From Orbicella franksi (Eukaryota): DNA of 64,000 nt. Under the pieces are notes generated by a model. That model ran no database searches. It saw nothing but the letters and a program-made list of their open reading frames with translations, and had not been told where the DNA came from. The position numbers and the translations under genes are program-made. Positions within the stretch are counted from its first letter, which is position 1; each line of letters opens with the position of its first letter. Shown in pieces: positions 37,620 to 50,783 of the stretch. Where the stretch lies: NCBI GenBank assembly GCA_964199315.1, contig OZ116707.1, positions 8,246,001 through 8,310,000 on the forward strand, written 5' to 3'.

Positions 37620-40600
37620 CGGCAGAAGTCGAAAAATAGATTTTTCTCTCTTTTCGTCCACAAATAGCCCTTAGGTAGATATGAAACGTGATATAGTTTT
37701 TTGGAGCTCAAAGCGCTTTAAATTCGAGAAAATCGAGGGAAACGATTTTCGCGTAGACGGTCACCAAAATGGCTAGTCACAAAGACTTAAAATTAGTAAT
37801 CTAAACTTAATTTGCATTCACGTGTAAAAGAGAACTAAAACTTATCAATACTTTTTCTTGAAAGACAAAGTATTCAGCTATCCAAAACAGGTTAGGACTT
37901 GACTCGAGCGCCATTTGAGGATAAACACACAATTTTTTAAAAAATCCCTTTCAGTTAGTAGGTCGAATTCCTAATATAAGGTTAAAATTCAGAGATATTT
38001 TTCGACATGTGCCATAACTCCAAATTCCTTGAAACTTCGCCTTTGGAACACTTTTATGTTGTTGTAAAACATGTATTAAAATCAGCTTGGGTTATTCTTC
38101 GAGTGGTTTTTGAGGCCTGGCTGAAAAACTCCGATTTTACCTAAAACATGACAAAAAGTAAACAATGGCTTCTGCGTGTTGGTCTGAGGGCAAGCGGGTA
38201 CAGGCATTTAAGTCCTTATAGTATGAATTCTTTGTACTAATAAGCAAATTGTTTGCTTGCACCTGTAATAAAACTGTTCAATCTCAACGCCAGAGTAACT
38301 TTATTTAATCTGAATATGTTTTATCGCTTCGAATCCCAGACATTGTGACGAGATGTCGATTTCACACCAAGAAGAAACAAGACGTCGAAAACGTTTTACT
38401 ACGCAGCCTTCCAATTATCAATTTAAGACAACTGGCCGCTGAAGGAGACATTTACCGAATTACAGCTTAAAACAGTTACGTTTTCTGTAACGCATCAGGT
38501 TCGGCTGCAAAAAGTTATTTCAGGACCGGCAATACAGGTTAAATTTGGTGAAGAAATCTTAAGGTTTCATTGTTTATTTTGTTTGCAAGTTACGGTTTCA
38601 TTCCCGGCCGCGGAATTTACTATGTCCCACGGCAGAGACCAGAATGGGTTGTTTTATTTCGTGTTTGGAACACTTTTATGTTGTTGTGAAACATGTATTA
38701 AAACCAGCTTGGGTTATTCTTCGAGTGGTTTTTGAGGCCCGACTGAACCCCGATATTACCTAAAACATGACGAAAAGTAGACAATGGACTTGGACTGCGT
38801 GTTGGTCTGAGGGTAATGCGGTATAGGCGTTTAAAGTCCTTGTATTATTAGTTCCTTGCACTTAACACTTTTATGTTGTTGTAAAACATATATCAAAATC
38901 AGCTTGGGATATTCTTCGAGTGGCTTTTAACGCGCCGCTGAAATAACCGGATTTTAACGAAAACATCAGCAAGAAGTAAGCAATAGACTGCTTGCGTGTT
39001 TCCTGAGACCAAGAGACAGAAGAGACTGCTGAAGTAAAGCGGTTTAACTTCTTTCATTATCATATTTTCGTTCTGCCGGTCGATATGCTTCTTTTAAAGT
39101 AAAATAAAATGATAAAATGAGTTTTTTCATGCATTCAAAAGTACCTTCACCCACAAGGAATATTTCAATCTTTCTACGTGAAATTAGATCACCAACAAAC
39201 AGATAATGTGTAGATTTCACAATCACGGACCGCAATTCTAAACAATTCACCCGGTTTAACTGTGTACATGTATAAATAAAAGTTACAGAGTTGCTTTACT
39301 TCAGTTGAATATGGAAAACGGGACTGCAAAGTAAATGCGAGCAGGCGCTTATTTTCCAACCTTCTAATATAGGACTTGCCCATTTACAAGGTACAACGGA
39401 AGGTATACTAACTTGGGCCGACAAAAACAACAACATTGATCGCAAGAAAGATCTCCGCTGGTAATCCTGACATAGCAGCATTTACAGATTTCTATTCTTC
39501 TCTCCTTCGTAACCTCTTCGTGGAACGGATACCATGGCGGATAGCGGCAAATTGGTGTCACCCAACCTGTCTTTTCGTATCGCTACCAAATAGGATCTGA
39601 CCTCTGATTTTCCTCGAGAATCTCGTTCATCAGTTTAAGCACCGTTAATGGAACAATAACTGACCAGAGTCCACCCTCATTGCTTAGCAATTCTTCTGAT
39701 CGAAAAACACAACAGTTCATACTTTTAAAACATACCAAAGATAAACGACAGAAACCTTTAAAAAAGATCCGCATTTGCAAACTTGTCGTCTGACCTTAAA
39801 TCGCTGTATATGTGACGTGTCACGCCTTCCGAAAGCAAACGAAGTGTTAACTAAAGTCTCAAAATTAATTTAGAGTAGAGCTTCGATCGTTATATGGTTG
39901 CAGTATGTTTTGCACGACGGCAAAAAAAAAAAATACAAAGCAAAAAAAGAGCAAGAGAACTGAGGATACATTTTGTTTTTACATGCAGCGTGACGTCTAA
40001 GATAGAATTCTCTTGGGAAAATACTGGGTAAAATAAATTAGCTTAATGGATTTGGCATGCTTAAATATTCTATTCTGCAATCTAGCTAACCATTGCAAGC
40101 GGGTCTTTTAGTGAGTCATGGATTGCCAATAGCAGAAAGTCGAAACAAAGTGACTAGAAAACATTGGAAAAAATAACTTCGCTTTGGCAGGAAATATTTC
40201 TGACCGAACTTTTAATTGAAATTCGCGTGACCTTCTTTTTAACTGAACTATATATTGACAAAATTACTAAAGACTATCGGAAACATGTTTTACTTCGGAA
40301 ATAAACGGCCGCACTTTTGTAAAACAACCCATTCTGGGCTCTGCTGTGGGACATAGTAAATTCCACGGCCAGGAATGAAACCGTGACTTGCAAACAAAAT
40401 AAACTGTGAAACCTTAAGATTTCTTTACCAAATTTAACCTGTATTGCCGGTCCTGCAACCAAACCTGATAGGTTACAGAAAACGTAACTGCTTTAAGCTT
40501 TAATTCAGTAAATATCTCCTTCAGCGGCCAGTTATCTTAAATTGATAATTGGAAGGCCGCATAGTAAAACGTTTTCGACTTCTTGTTTCTTATCGGTGTG

Positions 40601-41343
40601 AAATCAACATCTCGTCACAATGTCTGGGATTGGAAGCGATGAAACATACTCGGATTAAATAAAGTTACTCTGGTGTTGAGATTGAACAGTTTTATTACAG
40701 GTGCAAACAAACAATTTGCTTATTAGTACAAAGAATTCACACTATAAGGACTTAAATGCCTGTACCCGCTTGCCCTCAGACCAACACGCAGAAGCCATTG
40801 TTTACTTTTCATCATGTTTTAGGTAAAATCGGAGTTTTTCAGCCAGGCCTCAAAAACCACTCGAAGAATAACCCAAGCTGATTTTAATACATGTTTTACA
40901 ACAACATAAAAGTGTTCCAAAGGCGAAGTTTCAAGGAATTTGGAGTTATGGCACATGTCGAAAAATATCTCTGAATTTTATTCCTAAATTAGGAATTCGA
41001 CCTACTAACTGAAAGGGATTTTTTTTAAAATTGTGTGTTTATTCCCAAATGGCGCTCAAGTCAAGTTCTTACCTGTTTTGGATAGCTAAATACTTTGTCT
41101 TTCAAGAAAAAGTATTGATAAGTTTTAGTTCTCTTTTACACGCGAATGCAAATTAAGTTTAGATTACTAATTTTAAGTCTTTGCGATCGGCCATTTTGGT
41201 GACCATTGAGGCGAAAATCGTTTCCCTCGATTTTCTCGAATTTAAAGCGCTTTGAGCTCCAAAAAACTATATCACGTTTAATATCTACCTAAGGGCTATT
41301 TGTGGACGAAAAGAGAGAAAAATCGATTTTTCTACTTCTGCCG
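37620..41343. mobile_element. Foldback-like element: about 1-kb inverted arms (37620-38656 and 40320-41343) around a 1.66-kb spacer
   Basis: The arms align as reverse complements at roughly 92-98% identity in hand-checked blocks, with one 13-bp indel. The spacer holds two further degenerate copies of an arm sub-repeat (about 38667 and 38864). Confidence 0.85.
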
Positions 41344-41471
41344 CCAAATTCAAATTTTACTTGGTTTTTGTTGACATTTGCTCTTAATAATACCGGTTAC
41401 AACTTAGTGTTACGGATCACGAATATATACAAATTAAAAAGCTAATTGCGACATATGTGTATTAAAGTAAG

Positions 41472-42990
41472 TTTCATGGTTTCATAGGTGGTTTCATTGA
41501 TTCATAGGTTTCATAGGTTTCGTGGTTTCATAGGTTTCATGTTTTCACAGGTTTTGAGGTTTCAGAGGTTTTGCGGTGTCATAGGTTTCGTGGTTTCACA
41601 GGTTTCATGGTTTCATAGGGTTCATGGTTTCATAGGTTTCATAGGTTTTCATAGGTTTCATAGGTTTCGTGGTTTCATAGGTTTCCTGGTTTCACAAGTT
41701 TCATGGTTTCATAGGTTTCATGGTTTTGTGGTTTCACAAGTTTCGTGGTATCATAAGTTTCATGGTTTCACAGGTTTCGTGCTTTCATAAGTTTCATGGT
41801 TTCATAGGTTTTGTGGTTTCACAGGTTTTGTGGTATCATAAGTTTCACGGTTTCACAGGTTTCGTGGTTTCATAAGTTTCATGGTTTCATAGGTTTCGTG
41901 GTTTCACAGGTTTCATGGTTTCAAAGGTTTCTTAGGTTTCGAGGTTTCATAGGTTTTGTGGTTTCACAGGTTTCATGGTTTCAAAGGTTTCTTAGGTTTC
42001 GAGGTTTCATAAGTTTCATGGTTTCACAGGTTTCGTGGTTTCATAAGTTTCATGGTTTCATAGGTTTCGTGGTTTCACAGGTTTCATGGTTTCAAAGGTT
42101 TCTTAGGTTTCAAGGTTTTATAAGTTTCATGGTTTCATAGGTTTCGTGGTTTCACAGGTTTCGTGGTTTCATAAGTTTCATGGTTTCATAGGTTTCGTGG
42201 TTTCACAGGTTTCGTGGTTTCATAAGTTTCATGGTTTCATAGGTTTCATGGTTTCACAGGTTTCGTGGTTTCATAAGTTTTATGGTTTCATAGGTTTCGT
42301 GGTTTCACAGGTTTCATGGTTTCAAAAGTTTCTTCGGTTTCGAGGTTTCATAAGTTTCATGGTTTCATAGGTTTCATGGTTTCATAAGTTTCATGGTTTC
42401 ATAGGTTTCATGGTTTCACAGGTTTCGTGGTTTCATAAGTTTCATGGTTTCATAGGTTTCGAGGTTTCATAAGTTTCATGGTTTCACTGGTTTCATGGTT
42501 TCACAGGTTTTGAGGTTTCACAGGGTTCGTAGGTTTCATGGTTTCGTAGTTTCGTGGTGTCAAAGGTTTCGTGGTTTCATAGGTTTTGTGGTTTCATAGG
42601 TTTCATACTGAAGTTTCATGGTTTCATAGGTTTCGTGGTTTCGTGGTTTCGTGGTTTCATAAGTTTCATGGTTTCACTGCTTTCGTGGTTTCACAGGTTT
42701 CGAGGTTTCACAGGGTTCATAGGTTTCATGGTTTCGTGGTTTCATGGTTTCAAAGGTTTTGTGGTTTCACAGGTTTTGTGGTTTCATAGGTTTCATGGTT
42801 TCATAGGTTTCATGGTTTCGTCGGTTTTATGGTTTTGTAGGTTTTATGGTTTCATGGTTTCATAGGTTTCATCGTTTTACAGGTTTTGTAGCTTCATAAG
42901 TTTCGTGGTTTCATGGTTTCATGGTGTCGTGGTTTTTATGGTTTCGTGGATTTTATGGTTCTGTGCGGTTCGTGGTTTCATAGGTTTCGT
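41472..42990 (+). repeat. Minisatellite array of GGTTTC+(AT/GT/ACA/ATA) 8-9-bp units (left arm)
   Basis: About 1.5 kb of units such as GGTTTCATA, GGTTTCGT and GGTTTCACA, with higher-order blocks (e.g. 52-bp period near 41900-42010). Confidence 0.95.
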
Positions 42991-44164
42991 ATGTTTTATG
43001 ATCAACCAGACATGACAGGTTCAAAGTACTGAAGGTGTCATGTTGCAGAACAGCGGAGGTGTTGAGCAATCTGTAGTGTCTCGTACTTTTGTTTGACTTA
43101 AGTTATCGAGTTCTCCGAAATGAAAGCTAAACAAGGAAATGCGTTCTTTAAGGTAGGAAACAAACGTTTATTATAATTTTTCACTGGAAATAGTTTTTAG
43201 GTGTCTTTATTTTTTCTAATATTGGGTAACATGCCACGATACAGATGCTTTCTAAGTCTAGCGTGATGATCACCCTATCCTGACTAAAATATACTCATCA
43301 TTCTCAATTTTCAAAGCTTTTATCAATCTATCTGGATACAGACAATACTTTTTTTAATGATTGGACAACTTAAACAGCCTTTTCATTGAGTGTATATACC
43401 GTAGGCAAACATTCAAACCGCGAGCCACAGCATGAGTTTGATGCCTTCTGTCAGCAATAATATACTGCAGGATAATTTCTTTCCAGACACTCATTAGATG
43501 TTTCACGGACATCCTGGCAGTCGGTATTTAATACAAATATACCTCGTGTACTGTTTGATTTAGAAAAAGGCTCGTAGTTCGATGGCAAAGATTCTTTCAA
43601 ACTGAAACCTAGACAACCATTAATTCATGAAACCCACAAGACCAGCTGGTCCGAAAACGAGGAGTGTGGAGTGTGGAGTGCAGAGTGCCCATGTGAATTA
43701 ACCCTCGAACCATTCAACAACTTGTCAACTGCGTGTCCTAAAGTTCTCATGATTGATGAAATTCAAACTAAATCCTTGACAATTTTTTCAGCAATGAAAA
43801 ATAGTAATATATTTAATTCTGGATTGACAATTAAAGAAACAAATAAATACACAGGTAAAGTTGCACTTTGAGAAAACAAATTTGAAATTATTTTCCCAAA
43901 AAACCCATTTAACTGGCAGCAACGCTTGTCTCACCAATTCCATGTGCCACTGCGGCCATGTTTTTTTTTTTTCTGTTGGAATTTAATATCTTCTCTGTTC
44001 GAAAATTACTGATTTCAATTTGGAAATAAAGGAAGGTTGGTACACACTACATGAAGGCTGTTAACGCAAAACAAAGAAAACAATTCTTTAACGGTGCTAT
44101 TCACACCGTGAAAATGATTTGGGTCCAAAAATAATTGAAACACGGGGAACTAGGGATAAGTTAA

Positions 44165-44793
44165 GCCTCTTCCAGGCGTTCAGTTAGTTGGGGCTCAGCG
44201 CGAAAAACGGCGAACGAAAAAATATGGAGGAAGCGCTTTATCTCACCGCATTTCTCCCCTATTTTTTCGCCCACTGTTTTTCGCGCTGCGCCCCAACTAA
44301 GGCCCTCTTTACACGACCCCAGGTTGCCTTTTACCCCGGGTTGAATCACCGCAGCGGGTAATCCTTTTGTAGTCAAATGTAGTCAAGTAGTCAAGGCGGG
44401 TCAGCCCCCCTTGCTGGGTATGTCAAGACACGGGTTGAACCGGCGAGAAGGGTTGAAATTTCTTCCATTCTCACATGTATAAATCAGTGGGCCAAAAGCT
44501 AACACAGGTTGGTACTTTCAGTCAAATAATCATGTTGTTTCGTTTTTTGGGTTTCTACATCAGGACCTCCCACTATTCCGTAATACTTTCTAGTTTTATC
44601 GTTTGTCATCTTTCTAGTCCATGTTTTCAGTTTTTGATCAGAAGAAAGGGTGGCCCGGGTCAAGCTCGAAGTATACCACACGCTATTGCAGACTGATAGC
44701 CCGGGTTGGTGTAAACTGTTTATTTTTAGCACTCTCTGCAATGATTCACCCGGGGTCGTGTAAAGAGGGCCTAACTGAACGCCTTGAAGAGGC
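44165..44793. mobile_element. Short palindromic MITE (about 155 bp) split by a Harbinger MITE
   Basis: GCCTCTTCCAGGCGTTCAGTTAGTTGGGGCTCAGCGCGAAAAAC pairs with GTTTTTCGCGCTGCGCCCCAACTAA-[insert]-CTGAACGCCTTGAAGAGGC. Confidence 0.75.
44301..44771. mobile_element. PIF/Harbinger (Tourist-like) MITE, 471 bp
   Basis: TIR GGCCCTCTTTACACGACCCC / GGGGTCGTGTAAAGAGGGCC; TAA TSD at 44298-44300 and 44772-44774. Confidence 0.85.
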
Positions 44794-45459
44794 GTCACGT
44801 ATTACTAGTTCCCCCGGTTTCGATTATTTTCAGATTATTCTGCGCACTCCGCACTCCATGTTTTCGGAACAGCCCACAAAACCAATGAAACTACGAAACC
44901 TATGAAACCTTCAACTTTTGCGTTTAATAAACCTATTAAACTATGAAACGTACGAAACCTTTCAGAATATGAAATTATTAAAATCTATGAAACCAATGAA
45001 ACCATTGAACCCTTGAAACCTTTTAATTCTTTCACTTCTAACTTTTCGCAGGATGAGCAGCAATTAACTTGTGGCGTCGTCAATTTAAGCGACGCTTGAT
45101 ATTTTTGACCACCAGATAGTAGAGCTAGGATATGTTTTCAAAAAACGGTCTGTTTTGGACGTCGACCGCATTCAAAAAAAGTTAATTAAGAAAAATGATC
45201 AGTTACTGGTTGCACAAATTGTGGCGAAATAACCTATTACACCTACTTATTGAGGCCTCCTTACCTGAGAGGATATCCAAAAGCAAAGGGTGACAAAAAA
45301 GAAAAGGAAAGGGGGCAAAAAGAAAAACTGGAAAGTGCCAAGCAAAAAAAAATAAAGTTTGGTTTGTGGATTAGGACAATAACATATCAACATGGCGAAT
45401 TGATTATTTTAACGCTTAGCATAACATTTGTTTTTCTTTAAAGGACCGTCTTTTTCATA

Positions 45460-46116
45460 TTGGCGTTGATGTCATACACATGTGCATTTGATATAAATGA
45501 AATAATGCAGGAAGTACTGAAAGAAGCCACGCATCAGTTCAACGAAAATGTTCGCCTTGGAGAAAATGTGCCATCACCGGAAATACGACACTCAGATTGT
45601 GGCCCCCTTACTTCTTCACGAATTGACTGGCAGAGATATTTACAGTATCCATTCATTCTGTGGGATCCATTGGCTCAGTTTCCTTATCTCTTTAATACTC
45701 TATCATTTTTGTGCCCTACATGCCTGGAGGACGCAGACAAGACGGATATGAAAACCCATTCTTTCTTATCAAGAACGAATCATTGGTTTAATGGCCGGCT
45801 TCTTTATCATACTAACAGCTGTATTCTCCTTGTTAGCTGTATGTACCGCTGTTGTAAGGGCCACGACATTTCGTCTTGCCATCCTTCCATATTGTCGAGC
45901 TTTCCTTCTTCATATCTTTTTCAAATTCCGTTTTGTTTGTTTCACAAGTCTGGCTTTACAAAGGATGCCCTTCATCTGGTTCAAAAACTAGTTGACGAGG
46001 GACTTGCTTTTGAACAAATTGAACAACTATTGGAATTGCAATATTGTGATGCCTTTTCCACAATGGAGTTAAAATTTTGGCGGGATTACCAATTGAGAAG
46101 TTCACAGTCACGATAG
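45460..46116 (+). pseudogene. N-terminal Cys/His-rich part of a probable MULE-like transposase, truncated by the right arm
   Basis: Uninterrupted 218-aa ORF with FILWDPL, CPTC, LLVSCMYRCCKGH, FCLFHKSGFT and GLAFEQIE. It resembles DUF6729-like transposase N-termini; family recalled, not searched. Confidence 0.5.
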
Positions 46117-46159
46117 ACTCCAGCGAATTCTTTCCCAAGCAAGTGGAAAAAGGAGCCAG

Positions 46160-47185
46160 GACACTTTGAAGCCCTTAAAACCACGAAACCTATGAAACCA
46201 TGAAAACATGAAACCACGAAACCTATGAAACCATGAAACCTTTGAAACTATGAAACCTATTAAACCACGATACCTATGAAACCACGAAACCTGTGAAACC
46301 ATGAAACCGAGGAAACCATGAAACGTATGAAACCACGAAACCTATGAAACCTCGAAACCTGGGTAACCACGAAACCAGTGAAACCATGAAACCAGTGAAA
46401 CCACGAAACCTGTGAAACCACGAAACCTACGAAACCTCAAAACCTGGGAAACCACAAAACCTCTGAAATCTCAAAACGTGGGAAACCACGAAACCTGTGT
46501 AACCACGAAACCTGTGAAACCACGAAACCTATGAAAAACCTGTCAAACAACGAAACCTGTGAAACTATGAAACCTGTGAAACCATGAGACCTATAAAACC
46601 ACGAAACCATGAAACCTATAAAACCACGATACCTATGAAAGCACGAAACCTGTGAAACCACGAAACCTATGAAACCTCAAAACCTGGGAAACCACGAAAC
46701 CTGTGAAACCAGGAAACCTATGAAACCTCGAAACCTGTGAAACCACGAAACCTATGAAACTTTGAAACCTGTGAAACCACGAAACTTATGAAACCTCAAA
46801 ACCTGGGAAACCACGAAACCTGTGAAACCAGGAAACCTACGAAACCTCGAAACCTGTGAAACCATGAAACCTATGAAACCTCGAAACCTGTGAAACCACG
46901 AAACCTCGAAACCTGTGAAACCACGAAACCGATGAAACCATGAAACTTTGAAACCACGAAACCTATGACGCCATCAAACCAATGAAACCACGGAACCTAT
47001 GAAACCATGAAACCTATGAAACCTCGAAACCTGTGAAACCACAATACCTATGAAACCACGAAACCTGGGAAACCACGAAACCTATGAAACCACGAAACCT
47101 ATAAAACCACGAAACTTATGAAACCACGAAACCTATGAAGTCATGAAACCTGTGAAACCATGAAACCTATGAACCATGATTCATA
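46160..47185 (-). repeat. Same minisatellite in inverted orientation (right arm)
   Basis: About 1.0 kb of GAAACC-based units (TATGAAACC, ACGAAACC, TGTGAAACC). Confidence 0.95.
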
Positions 47186-48079
47186 ATGATTAATCATTAA
47201 TGCATATATTTGCATGATTCATAATGATTAATCATTAATGCATATATTCGTCATTAATTTACATATAATTTGCATATATTCGTGATCCGTAACACTAGGT
47301 AATAACCATAATACCAGTCTTCTGGCAAATCTGAGTCTTGTAGTGTTTGTTAATCATTGACTTTTAGTAGAAATCTAGAAGATTCCTATTCCAGTGATCT
47401 GGCTGATGGGACTATTGATCCCAAAAGTGGAAAGAAAGTGAATAGGTTTCTTCTTGCAGAGGTAAATAAAATTATTAGACTATAGTATGCCTGTTACACT
47501 TTTGGTATGTCAACATTATATTGGGAAAACTGTTTTGTCTAATGTGTACACTATTTAGACAACCAAGACTAGCCAAAATGGTCATGGGACATCCAAAGGT
47601 CAGGCCACATTATCTGATGGTATGTTGTTTTTGATTTGTTATTTTATTTTATTTTGTTAGAAACAGTCAACTGACTCCACCACCTAGTTGCACTCAGAAC
47701 TGAAATATCTTGTTTGATTTATATATTTTTAATTAATTTTTAATCTTTACATAATGTTGAAATCTTAGAAACACTGGTTTACCAAATTTTAGGTGGTGGT
47801 GGTAAACACCATGAAATTCAAATCCAACTCATTCATGTGGACAGATTTTATTTCATCACCCAGCATTGAGCAAGGTACATTCCTGTGTACTTGCCACTGT
47901 GAAATTTATGTGAATGGAAGGAAGTATACAGTATTGTGAGAACTGATCTCTGTAAAGACAGCTCTGCCAACCCTGACACCCCAGTCCTCTGTTAGTGCTT
48001 CAACAGCATCAACTGTCCCCGATGATGAAGAGGCAGATGCTAATGACTCAGTTGATGACGAGGCTGTTAAAGCAACAGT

Positions 48080-48430
48080 ACACTCTCTGCCAGTCAGTGT
48101 TAAGAACCTGCTATTCAACATCACAACAAGAAGCCCTTAAAGAGGCATTTGAACATGCATATGGACAAAACAGACACATATTTGTGAAACTTGAAGCAGA
48201 GCCATCTAACATTGTTGACAGCCATGCAATTGCTGTCTTCATAAAGCTGTCTGTAGACTATAAAAAAGTAACAATTTGTGCATCCATTACTCAAAAAACA
48301 ATTGCATGAAGTGTTTGTAAGAACAATATGCTTTTGCACAACGTTCTTAATGATTGGTTTTTGACCACTGATATCACCAAGAGAAGCTTGTGGGAAAGGC
48401 CAGTAATTAAGGCAAGTTCCAAAGTTGATT
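48080..48430 (+). pseudogene. HIRAN-like domain fragment preceded by short exons (about 47400-47700)
   Basis: VKLEAEPSNIVDSHAIAVFI...KKV matches the HIRAN L..EP.N..D..AI.V core; GT-AG-flanked exon-like pieces lie upstream. Confidence 0.45.
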
Positions 48431-48805
48431 AAAGATAATTCTTTAATTTGGTATTGCTTTTAAGACATGGAACTAGGCCTTTCTTCCTTTGTCATCACCC
48501 AAAGAAACGTTTGGCTGTGTTCAAGGTTCATTTGTTCATTTATGCTAGAAAGCCAAACACAGAATTCTAAGGACTATCATTCCAAAACTTCATGTCTTAC
48601 AAGCATAGTTTACATGACAACACTTTCAATTAAGTAAAAGGAAACATGGGTCATGATAGCCTGCTTTTCGATGAATGTATCCTATGGCTGAGACGTATGT
48701 TACCACAATAGAAGAGGAATAACCTTGTTTATATAAATTAGCAATAAAAAGAGCTAATGTGTTGGAATGAATAGGAAAACTAATGTGCCTGACATGTAAT
48801 TGATT

Positions 48806-49620
48806 TTACTCAAAGTCCTTAAACAAAAACCACGGATGGTGATACATATTGAATGATGATGGGCTTAAGCTAGTCTCCATAAGCTTTGTTATGGTGATAC
48901 CCAGCAAAAAGTGGGCTGGTATCTTTGTTGGAGATGTATCCATGCAGCAAGACATGTGTTTGAATTTCTCCACCTGTAAGCAAAAGAGATTATCAGCTAA
49001 TATGTTTTTGCTTCTGGTGATGTGTCTTGCTTTGAACAAACTATTCTAACGCAAACCGGTCAGAACCACATGCCTTAACAACCCAAGCAAATCCTTATGT
49101 TTTGCGGTTTGCTTGTTAATGATGTGTGCAACACTTGTTGTCTAAAACAAAAATCACACATTTATTTGGAGTTGATCTGCTCACAAGATTAGGCCTATAA
49201 CAATAAAGCTCAAAAAATGAAATGTCCTTAGACTTACACCATACCCAACCAACTTAGCAGCATTGGTGTAGAAGTGTAAAGAGGGTGACGCATGCCAGGC
49301 TTCCTCGAGGAAAAACGATTTACAGTTCAATTCCAAGAGAAATTGATACCATATGATCAAATCCTTTTTTACTTCTTGTGTCAGCCGTATGTAATGTAAG
49401 GGCCATTTAATCCCTGTTGTAAGGTTTATTAGTCGGTGGAGAAACACCCGACCTGGTACGATGACTGGATAAGTGAAGTTAAGCAATCCGATAAGGGACT
49501 GTAGGTCACGCAGTTACTTTTCTTTGAGTAAAAAGGGAGTGAATGGCGCTTAAGCACTTAGCAATCTTGTCCTGAGGAACCCTAGCTTTGTGCCTGTTGT
49601 AATCTAATTGAGTCCTACAA
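48806..49620 (-). mobile_element. Ngaro/DIRS-type tyrosine-recombinase retrotransposon relic (RT end and RNase H)
   Basis: LNFTYPVIVPGRVFLHRLINLT, DLIIWYQFL, LHFYTNAAKLVGYG and FKARHITRSKNILADNL. Confidence 0.7.
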
Positions 49621-49841
49621 ATGTTGAGTCACTGACTGGAAATATCGAGAATGGCTGGCCAGGTTTGAAAAATCAAAATTCCAGAAACTTTGCCTAAAGA
49701 ACTCTTTTAGGGAGCTGCTTTTGAAACCATTCCAATTTTCTTAGAATTACTGATCGGATCCAACTGCCCAAAGGCGATTAAACCAAAGGAAGTGATCCAT
49801 GGTAAAAGCAAAGATCCATACACAGTCCCAACACTCCTTGG

Positions 49842-50610
49842 TTGGTGCATAGTCAGACCAGCCAGTCTTTGACAGACCCCCTAGATGAAGACAGCATAGT
49901 AACATGCAACAGGATTATAGCACATGAGAACACGTCTGAAACAAGCCATGTTAGTTTTATCCTGGAAGACAAGACTAAAGAAATCATAAACCCCTCCTAT
50001 GTAAAGCAAATGCTTGAAATGGACATTGCGGAAAATAACGACTTGGCTCAACAAGGTCTTTCTAAGGAAGACAGGAGGTTTCTGAACATTGCAGAGATGG
50101 GCATAAACAGATGTGATGACAGCCATTACAAACTTCCACTCCTGTAAAGGAAAGCTGTCTGTCTTATGTACCACCTCAAGAAACGGTTTACATCACCGAG
50201 TAATGAAGAATATAAGGGAGAGCACATGAAGTTCATGGAAGATATGAGTGAAAATGGCTAGGCCAAAAAGGGTCCAAGTGATGCTGACATGAAGCCCAGC
50301 ATGACATTTTACATTGCTCATTACGGTTCAAGACATCCAAAGAAGAAGTTAAGACCAGTTTTTAACTGCAGTCAAGAGTACAATGGCAATTCCCTGATTG
50401 AGAATCTATTGCAAGGTCCTCTGCTGACGAACAATCTTACTGGTGTCTTGTTGAGATTCCGACAAGAGCCCATTGTTGTGACATGTGACATTATGGGCAT
50501 GTTCCATCAAGTCCATGTCAATCCCGAGCACCGTGACCTGCTTCACTTCCTCTAGTGGGAGGAGAACAATCTTTCTAAAGATCCTGTAGAGTACTGCATG
50601 AAAATTCAGC
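49842..50610 (+). pseudogene. Second BEL/Pao family, RT N-terminal relic
   Basis: EDRRFL, HYKLPL, YIAHYGSRHPKKKLRPVFNCS, LLQGPLLTNNLTGVLLRFRQE and DIMGMFHQV..EHRDLLHFL. Confidence 0.8.
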
Positions 50611-50783
50611 CTTTCAACAGTCACCGTGAACCTGAAGTTACAGTTTAAATTGATCACATGACGCGATCATGCATGGAGAGACACTATCAGCCCATAATAC
50701 ACGTCTGTGGAAAATACCCAGGTGGATAGTACTCGTCCGTGAAAATTTTTCTGTACTAAACAAGCAGGCTTCGTTGTAATAAT

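Larger units (their letters stand above)
43645..44873. mobile_element. Non-autonomous TIR element nested in the foldback
   Basis: GCTGGTCCGAAAACGAGGAGTGTGGAGTG pairs with CACTCCGCACTCCATGTTTTCGGAACAGC; flanked by CCACAAGACCA (43634-43644) and CCACAAAACCA (44874-44884). Confidence 0.6.
41395..47307. mobile_element. Foldback (probably MULE-type) transposon with minisatellite-built TIRs and an 8-bp TSD
   Basis: Ends GGTTACAACTTAGTGTTACGGATCACGAATATAT and (reverse complement) GGTTATTACCTAGTGTTACGGATCACGAATATAT. Perfect TSD ATAATACC at 41387-41394 and 47308-47315. Inverted GGTTTC-based arrays lie inside both ends. Confidence 0.88.

Noticed and set aside
41488-42865. Long ORFs rich in VSQVSWFHRFHGF (also 46108-46661 on -)
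   Set aside because: They are translations of the stop-poor GGTTTC minisatellite, not proteins.
41472-47185. CRISPR-like or telomeric array
   Set aside because: There are no unique spacers and no cas genes, and the context is eukaryotic. The unit is not TTAGGG and the arrays are bounded by TIRs and a TSD.
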